A DNA stretch of 57,253 bases from a virus (lineage: Duplodnaviria > Caudoviricetes), in IMG/VR virus record IMGVR_UViG_3300046352_000133, positions 1 through 57,253 of that record. One strand, 5' to 3'. This document shows positions 49,314 to 55,880 of this stretch, in pieces; the stretch's first letter is position 1; every line of letters begins with the position of its first letter. A program made the translations under genes and the position numbers. Below the pieces are notes generated by a model that did not search any database, was not told the origin of the DNA, and was given only the letters and a program-made list of their open reading frames with translations.

Positions 49314-50725
49314 TAATAGTTGATATAGATAATACACTTGCTAACAATTTAGATAGATACAAACTAGCAACTAACTCTGATGGTACTATAAATTGGGATG
49401 TGTTGTATGATTACAATAATGTTATATTAGATAAACCGATTCAATATATAATAGATTCTGTTAAAATATGGAAACGTTTGGGGTATAGAGTTCTTTTATT
49501 TACAAGCAGACCAGAACAAATTAGAGAGGCAACCGAATATTGGTTAAACAAATACGATGTTCCATATGACGAATTACATATGAGAAGTATTGAAGAACAC
49601 TATATTAAAGATACAGAATTAAAAAGAAAAATGCATGACAAATTTGTAAATGAAGAAGTTTTATTTGCAATAGATGATAAGCAGGAAATAATAGATTTGT
49701 GGGAGCAATTGGGAATCAGATGCTACAAAGTAGATTCAATAGAATACCATACGGATTTATTATTGGAAGAAAAAAATTGGGAAAATCCTAAATCATTAAA
49801 AGAATTAGGATACATTTATTTTGGACCTTTATTATTTAATTATTTTGCTTGGTTAAAATCCGAATTAAATGGATGTGATAAAGTTTTGTTTAATTCAAGA
49901 GAAGGTTTATTTTTATTAGAAATTTACAATATATTTAAACAAAAATTTGATTTACCGGATGGGGTTTATTTTAAAACATCACGCAAACTTTCATTGGTAG
50001 CATCTCTTTTTAATAAAAACGATGTCTATGATTCTTTTAAATTACATAGATACAAAGGTAAATTATCCAATCTATTAAAAGATAGATTTAATATTATAGC
50101 AAGTGAATCCGATGTTGAAGTAGATACTCATATTGAATTACCAGATTTAAGTTTTTGTATGAATCAAATATTGCAAAAAGCAGAAGATACACGAAAACAA
50201 TATGGTGAATACATTAAGAGTATTATGGCAGATTCTAAAAATGTAGTAATGGTTGATAGTGGTTATCAAGGAACTACTCAACAAAATATAGAAAAAACTT
50301 ACAAATTAAAATTTAAAGGTAGGTATATAATTTACAAAAGTAATAATCTGTTAGAAGATGTAAAAGGTTTATATGATTTTAAAAAGTCTAAATTAAAAGA
50401 AAATTTAATTTTTTTAGAATCCGTATTCATAGATAGAGTAGGCAGTTATATTGATATTATAAATGGAGAATTTAAAAACGAAGAAATAAATAAAACACAT
50501 AAACACTTTGAAGATAAAATAGAAATAATAGAAGGTGTTAAACGTTTTGTTTTAGATATGTTAAAATTTGATATTGATACAAATAATGTTTCTTATCAAA
50601 AACCTGCTTATATATTTGATTTAATGTGTAACAAAGATTTTGTAAAAAACGATGTATTGTTTGAAAGTTTTTATCACGATAATTTATATGTTAGAGAAGG
50701 AGTAAAACGAATAGAAAGAAAATAA
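49310..50725 (+). CDS. HAD phosphatase (PNKP-like) fused to a polysaccharide-locus-type domain
   Basis: DIDNTLA, FTSRP, WL..Y.VPYDELHMR, AIDD; second domain FGP...LFNSREG...TSR...VDSGYQGTTQ. Confidence 0.75.
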   Translation: MIIVDIDNTLANNLDRYKLATNSDGTINWDVLYDYNNVILDKPIQYIIDSVKIWKRLGYRVLLFTSRPEQIREATEYWLNKYDVPYDELHMRSIEEHYIKDTELKRKMHDKFVNEEVLFAIDDKQEIIDLWEQLGIRCYKVDSIEYHTDLLLEEKNWENPKSLKELGYIYFGPLLFNYFAWLKSELNGCDKVLFNSREGLFLLEIYNIFKQKFDLPDGVYFKTSRKLSLVASLFNKNDVYDSFKLHRYKGKLSNLLKDRFNIIASESDVEVDTHIELPDLSFCMNQILQKAEDTRKQYGEYIKSIMADSKNVVMVDSGYQGTTQQNIEKTYKLKFKGRYIIYKSNNLLEDVKGLYDFKKSKLKENLIFLESVFIDRVGSYIDIINGEFKNEEINKTHKHFEDKIEIIEGVKRFVLDMLKFDIDTNNVSYQKPAYIFDLMCNKDFVKNDVLFESFYHDNLYVREGVKRIERK

Positions 50726-50726
50726 T

Positions 50727-52136
50727 ATGGGAGCAGTACACGGTCATAATTTTAAATTGGTTTATACGGATTGGTTTATTGCACATAATCAACTAAAACC
50801 ATTTGGTAATGGGATACATCCTATTATTAGAGAATTTGTTCAAGATGTATTTAAAAGAAATTTAAATATAAATTGGTTTGATATGTTGCAATACCAATAT
50901 GAAGAAAAAGCATTTAAGTTTGACCATTCGGAATTGATAAATTATTTTACAAGAAACTATCCAAATAATATATTATCTTTAAATCAAATCAAAGATGATA
51001 ATTCTATTTACATATACCCATTAGAAATAAAAGCAACACTTGGTGCATTGAATGATGAAAATGGATTCGTATTAAATGATGTAAAATATAAGTGGTATTT
51101 AAAAGATATAATCCCATCAGAAATTATAGAATATGCTAAATCCGGTAAAGTAAAAATTTTAATCAATATAATCCATGACCCATTATACGATGATAATAGC
51201 ATAAGAAAATTTGAATTACAAATGAATGAATTTGGAATAGATGGTTCAAATATTATATTTTTAGGTGGTAGTAATTTTTCAGAGTATTATGATAAACACC
51301 CAAGTAGTAGTGTAAAAATATACAATGGACATTTATTTATAAGAGGATATGCTGATGAAATAAATTCATTTCCAATGATTGGTAATTTGGGATATTTGTG
51401 TGAATTGTTTGAAGAAAAAGATTTGGATTCTACTAAAATTAGAAAACATAAATTTTTATCTCCAAATAGAACAATGGAAAAAGTACAAAGAACCATGTTA
51501 GGGTATTTTGCATTAAAATATGAATTTTTAAATGATGGATTATTTACATTTATACAAAAACTACCAAAAGATAGATTGAGTAGTATAGTAAAACAGGTGT
51601 ATGATGATACGGTTGAAAATATAGAAAAATACACATCTGAGTTAGAGTTGATGTTACCATATGAAGATGATACAACAGACGTACCAGCTGATAAAAAACA
51701 ACAATTTGGTGTTAGAAATAACAAAAAAGAATGGTACGAAAATTCATATTTTCATTTAGTTACAGAAACATTTTTTGGACCAAATGTATTTCTTTCAGAA
51801 AAAATATTTAAACCAATATCAAATCTACAACCATTTTTAGTATTTGGTGATTATTTAACTTTGGCAGAATTAAAAAAATTAGGATTCAAAACATTTGAAC
51901 CATTTATAGATGAGAGTTATGATTTGGAAAAAGACCCAAAGAAAAGAATGTTACTTTTAGAAAAAGAACTAATTAAATTAAAAAATATGCCAATAGAAGA
52001 ATTACATAATTGGTATTATTCAATAACTGATATATTATTACACAATCAAAAACACATATATACATTTGAAAACTATGAGTGTTTTGATGAAATATTTGGA
52101 AAAATAAAAATAGATTATACACAAAAACTAATATAA
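50727..52136 (+). CDS. Hypothetical glycan-island protein, possible GT-B/GT10-like C-terminus
   Basis: FLSPNR, SYFHLVTET, FLSEKIFKPI...QPFLVFG, LKKLGFKTFEPFIDESYD and LLHNQ. Confidence 0.6.
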   Translation: MGAVHGHNFKLVYTDWFIAHNQLKPFGNGIHPIIREFVQDVFKRNLNINWFDMLQYQYEEKAFKFDHSELINYFTRNYPNNILSLNQIKDDNSIYIYPLEIKATLGALNDENGFVLNDVKYKWYLKDIIPSEIIEYAKSGKVKILINIIHDPLYDDNSIRKFELQMNEFGIDGSNIIFLGGSNFSEYYDKHPSSSVKIYNGHLFIRGYADEINSFPMIGNLGYLCELFEEKDLDSTKIRKHKFLSPNRTMEKVQRTMLGYFALKYEFLNDGLFTFIQKLPKDRLSSIVKQVYDDTVENIEKYTSELELMLPYEDDTTDVPADKKQQFGVRNNKKEWYENSYFHLVTETFFGPNVFLSEKIFKPISNLQPFLVFGDYLTLAELKKLGFKTFEPFIDESYDLEKDPKKRMLLLEKELIKLKNMPIEELHNWYYSITDILLHNQKHIYTFENYECFDEIFGKIKIDYTQKLI

Positions 52137-52137
52137 A

Positions 52138-53139
52138 ATGGAATTTAAAGGAAAAACGGTTTTAATTACCGGAGCAAATGGATTGGTAGGATTACCCGCA
52201 GTTAAAAAATGTTTAGAAGAAGGTGCTGATAAAGTATATGCAGTAGACCTTAAATTTAGTGAAAATTTAGAATTTTTACAAAAACAATATCTACACGGTA
52301 AATTAACATTGATAAAAACCGATTTAACTTATTTATCACATTGTGAAGAATTATTTACAATGGATAAAATTGATATTGTATTACACATAGCAGGGGTTAA
52401 GGGTTCACCTGCAAGGTCTTCAACACAACCTGCAGATTATCTATTCCCAATGTTGATGTTTAATACCAATATGATTAAAGCATCATTTGATGCCAAAGTT
52501 GATTGGTTTGTATATCTTTCATCGGTTGGAGTTTATAAGCCAGCAGATGTAATGAATGAAGAGGATATTTGGTCACAAGAAGAAACTTGGGCATCAACTC
52601 CATCTCGTTTAGATTGGCATCCAGGTTGGACAAAAAGAATGGGTGAATTAACATTAGATTCTTTAAGAGTTCAGTACGGTTGGGATAATTGGACTGTAAT
52701 TAGACCTTCTAACATCTACGGAACAAACGATAATTTTGCACAAGATGCAACTGTAATTTCTTCTAACATTTGGAAATTATTCAATGTAGAAGGTGAAGAG
52801 ATGGTTTGTTGGGGAGATGGTTCATCAAAAAGAGATTTTGTATTTGGAGATGATGTAGCACAGGCATCTATTGATGTGGTTAAAAAAGAAGTTAAAGATA
52901 TTATAAACTTTGGATGTGCAGAGGCAGTAACAATTAAAGATACGATTGAAACAATTGTTGAATGTTACAAAGAAATCACAGGTAAAACAAAAGTTATAAC
53001 TTGGGATTCTACAAAAACAAACGGAGATGCTATTAGATGTTTAGGTTCTAAAAAACAAAAACAATATGGAATCTTACCACAAACTACATTAAAAGAAGGA
53101 TTAACAAAATCAATTTTAGAATATAAAAGTAGATTATAA
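52138..53139 (+). CDS. Extended SDR, GDP-L-fucose synthase-like, lacking the canonical catalytic Tyr
   Basis: ITGANGLVG, RPSNIYGTNDNF and WGDGSSKRDFVF; PGWTK in place of YxxxK. Confidence 0.85.
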   Translation: MEFKGKTVLITGANGLVGLPAVKKCLEEGADKVYAVDLKFSENLEFLQKQYLHGKLTLIKTDLTYLSHCEELFTMDKIDIVLHIAGVKGSPARSSTQPADYLFPMLMFNTNMIKASFDAKVDWFVYLSSVGVYKPADVMNEEDIWSQEETWASTPSRLDWHPGWTKRMGELTLDSLRVQYGWDNWTVIRPSNIYGTNDNFAQDATVISSNIWKLFNVEGEEMVCWGDGSSKRDFVFGDDVAQASIDVVKKEVKDIINFGCAEAVTIKDTIETIVECYKEITGKTKVITWDSTKTNGDAIRCLGSKKQKQYGILPQTTLKEGLTKSILEYKSRL

Positions 53140-54182
53140 TGAAACATATAGTAGTATCGGGATGTTCATTTACAAATAATTTTAGAATTAATATTGGGGA
53201 TGAAAGACGGTGGGAAAGAGACCCAATTCAAGATTGGACTTGGGCACATTGGTTGCAAAACTCGTTAAAGAAAACACATGAATTACATAATTACGCAACA
53301 GTAACTAATGATAATAAAACCATTGCTCGTTCTATTATTTACAAAGTTTCGGATTTATTAAAACAAGGTGTAGACCCAAATGATATATCAGTAGTTGCTC
53401 AATGGACAACTTTAACTAGGAATTCATTTTTTATTTCACCAGAAAAATATCAAAACGATAAAAACCCATCAAATAGTTATATTAAAAACCGCGATAGTTG
53501 GGCACATACTTGTGATTATTTAATAGGTGGTAAGGATAAATCTTCGGAATATTCAGAAGGTTATTTTCATTTAACTGGTGGATTTAATCCAACCAATAAT
53601 CCTTTAAATATAGACCCTGTTGTGTTTGAGTGGTTTGATAAAGTTATGTCTAATGATGAGCGATATTTGGAATGGTTTGAGTATATTTTATTATTACTTA
53701 GTTTTTTAGAAGTAAATGGGATTACAAAGATAAAGTTTTTTAATATGAGTAACAACTTTTCTAAAAATTATTTAAGAGAAGGTAAAACTCCACCATTCTA
53801 TAATACACCCGTAGATAAATCAGTATATGAGTGTATAGTTACAAATAGAGATATATGTAATACTTGGGAACAAAAGGAATTGGAATTTGATAATGCTTAT
53901 GTAAAAAGTTATGCAGATAAGATAAATTTTAGTAAATATTTTTGGTTTTTTGAAGAAAATTCCGTATCTTTGTACGGAGGAATTATAGAATGGAGTATTA
54001 GAAACTTTAATTCTGAATTAGAGACTGATAATCTACCAAAAGTTTTATGGAGAGAAATGAATGGTATGAGTATTGATGAACAAAGCGCATATTTAGAAAG
54101 AAGTTGGTATGGACACACATCATCCATATTAGCACACAAATTTGTAAAAGATGTAGTATTAAATTGGAATATTTTTAATTAA
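53139..54182 (+). CDS. SGNH-hydrolase-like protein
   Basis: VSGCSFT, NYA....DN, AQWT...R, GGIIEW (shared with 38346) and C-terminal GH. Confidence 0.55.
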   Translation: MKHIVVSGCSFTNNFRINIGDERRWERDPIQDWTWAHWLQNSLKKTHELHNYATVTNDNKTIARSIIYKVSDLLKQGVDPNDISVVAQWTTLTRNSFFISPEKYQNDKNPSNSYIKNRDSWAHTCDYLIGGKDKSSEYSEGYFHLTGGFNPTNNPLNIDPVVFEWFDKVMSNDERYLEWFEYILLLLSFLEVNGITKIKFFNMSNNFSKNYLREGKTPPFYNTPVDKSVYECIVTNRDICNTWEQKELEFDNAYVKSYADKINFSKYFWFFEENSVSLYGGIIEWSIRNFNSELETDNLPKVLWREMNGMSIDEQSAYLERSWYGHTSSILAHKFVKDVVLNWNIFN

Positions 54183-54187
54183 AGAAA

Positions 54188-55180
54188 ATGAAAAAAACAG
54201 ACAAAATTTTAGTTACGGGTGCAAGTGGATTTATTGGTTCACATTTATTACGGTTGTTACACCTAAAAGGTTATACAAATTTAAGAGCAACATCTTATAG
54301 TAGAAATTTAAGACATGATTTTGATGGTAGCAGAGATATTCCTTTTTTTAAAGGTAATTTACAGGATGCTAAATTCTGTCAAGAAGTCTCAGAAGGAGTT
54401 GATGTAGTATTTCATTGTGCAGCAAACACATCAAATGCATTAGATACTAAATTCAATCCATTATTACACGTTACACCAAACGTAGAAATGAATGTAAATT
54501 TAATGGAACAAAGTTGGAAAAACAAAGTTCGTAAATTTTTATTTATTTCATCAAATACAACTTATCCAGATATGGGTACTGAATTTTGTACCGAAGATAT
54601 TGACGTTCATGCAACTCCAATGTTACCTGTTTACAAAGCAGTTGGTGGTATGAAGAGATATGGTGAAATGCTATGTGATTTCTTTTCTAATCAGATTCAC
54701 GAACCGATGCAATGTTTGATTGTTAGACCTTCAAACGCATTTGGACCTAATGATAAGTTTGATTTTGAAAAGTGCCACGTTACTCCTGCAAACATTCGTA
54801 AAGTAGCAGATGGGTTGAATCCAATTCCAGTTTGGGGTGATGGTACGGAAGTAAGAGATTTATTGCATGTTGAAGATATGGCAGATGGTTTTATCTTTGT
54901 AGCAGAGAATAACGATACATATGACATCTTTAATGTATGTTATGGTGAAGGATTTACAGTAAATGAAACACTTGAAACAATTAAAGAATTAGATGGTAAT
55001 ACCAATCCAATTGAATATGTAAATAATAAAGCACCAATGATTCCTATCCGATTATTATCTTCTAAAAAGATTAATGCATTAGGATGGAAACCAAAAAGAA
55101 ATCTAAAAGAAGCTTTAAAAGAAACCATTGAGTGGTATAAAGCACATAAAAGAGAATTTAACCCAAATTCAAAACCATAA
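54188..55180 (+). CDS. Extended SDR, GDP-L-fucose synthase-like, lacking the canonical catalytic Tyr
   Basis: VTGASGFIG, HCAA, RPSNAFGPNDKF, HVTPA and WGDGTEVRDLLHVED; VGGMK in place of YxxxK. Confidence 0.87.
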   Translation: MKKTDKILVTGASGFIGSHLLRLLHLKGYTNLRATSYSRNLRHDFDGSRDIPFFKGNLQDAKFCQEVSEGVDVVFHCAANTSNALDTKFNPLLHVTPNVEMNVNLMEQSWKNKVRKFLFISSNTTYPDMGTEFCTEDIDVHATPMLPVYKAVGGMKRYGEMLCDFFSNQIHEPMQCLIVRPSNAFGPNDKFDFEKCHVTPANIRKVADGLNPIPVWGDGTEVRDLLHVEDMADGFIFVAENNDTYDIFNVCYGEGFTVNETLETIKELDGNTNPIEYVNNKAPMIPIRLLSSKKINALGWKPKRNLKEALKETIEWYKAHKREFNPNSKP

Positions 55181-55722
55181 TGAGCACACCTCAATTTTCT
55201 CCATACAAAGATGAACTAACAAAAGCAATGACATTTCTTGCTCAAAAAGAAGATACAATCTTTATTGGACAACAAATAGTTTATGCGGGAAACCCTATGA
55301 GTACAACTTTGGGGGAAGTTCCAAAAGAAAAAATGATTGAAGTTCCTGTGATGGAAGAAACGCAAATGGGAATGAGTTTAGGAATGGCAATGACGGGTAA
55401 AACCGTCATTACCTTTTATCCTCGTTGGGATTTTTTAGTATCGGCAACAAACCAATTGGTAAACCACGCTGATAAGTTTGAAAATATGACAGGTAAAAAG
55501 GCAAACATCATTATTAGAGTTGGTGTTGGTAGTACAAACCCATTAGACCCTGGTATCCAACATAGAAACAATTATACAAAAGAATTTAAATCTATCTTAC
55601 AATTTACAAAAATTTGGGAATTAAAAAATCCAAATGATATTTATAAGATATACACAGATGCGTATAACGAAGGTGGGGTTCACATTATAGTAGAATGGCC
55701 TGGATTATACTACGAAAACTAA
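55180..55722 (+). CDS. TPP-dependent enzyme, E1-beta/transketolase pyrimidine-binding domain only
   Basis: FIGQ, IEVPVMEETQMGMSLGMAMTG, ATNQLVNH, IIIR and GIQH; 180 aa, so the C-terminal domain is absent. Confidence 0.88.
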   Translation: MSTPQFSPYKDELTKAMTFLAQKEDTIFIGQQIVYAGNPMSTTLGEVPKEKMIEVPVMEETQMGMSLGMAMTGKTVITFYPRWDFLVSATNQLVNHADKFENMTGKKANIIIRVGVGSTNPLDPGIQHRNNYTKEFKSILQFTKIWELKNPNDIYKIYTDAYNEGGVHIIVEWPGLYYEN

Positions 55723-55727
55723 CTCAT

Positions 55728-55853
55728 ATGAAAAATTTACCTATTATCTCATTCTTTATAAAATGGTATGAATCATACAAAACAAAGAAAAAAATCCAAA
55801 AAAAATTAGAAGAACTTAAAAAAAGAGACCCATTTGTTTACAAAAATTTCTAA
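55728..55853 (+). CDS. Small basic protein, 41 aa (KKRDPF motif), not in the ORF track
   Basis: Translated by hand: MKNLPIISFFIKWYESYKTKKKIQKKLEELKKRDPFVYKNF*; fills the intergenic gap. Confidence 0.7.
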   Translation: MKNLPIISFFIKWYESYKTKKKIQKKLEELKKRDPFVYKNF

Positions 55854-55868
55854 TCTGTCAAATTTAAG

Positions 55869-55876
55869 ATATTTAT
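55869..55876 (+). promoter_or_regulatory. Putative late-promoter motif ATATTTAT
   Basis: 4 nt before ATG 55881. Confidence 0.55.
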
Positions 55877-55880
55877 ATGT

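Noticed and set aside
32787-55722. Bacterial O-antigen/capsule locus, i.e. host chromosome or chimeric contig
   Set aside because: No wzx/wzy/wzz/ABC export or initiating phosphoglycosyltransferase seen; continuous with phage structural genes on the left and a phage-type late-motif gene on the right; same promoter style throughout.
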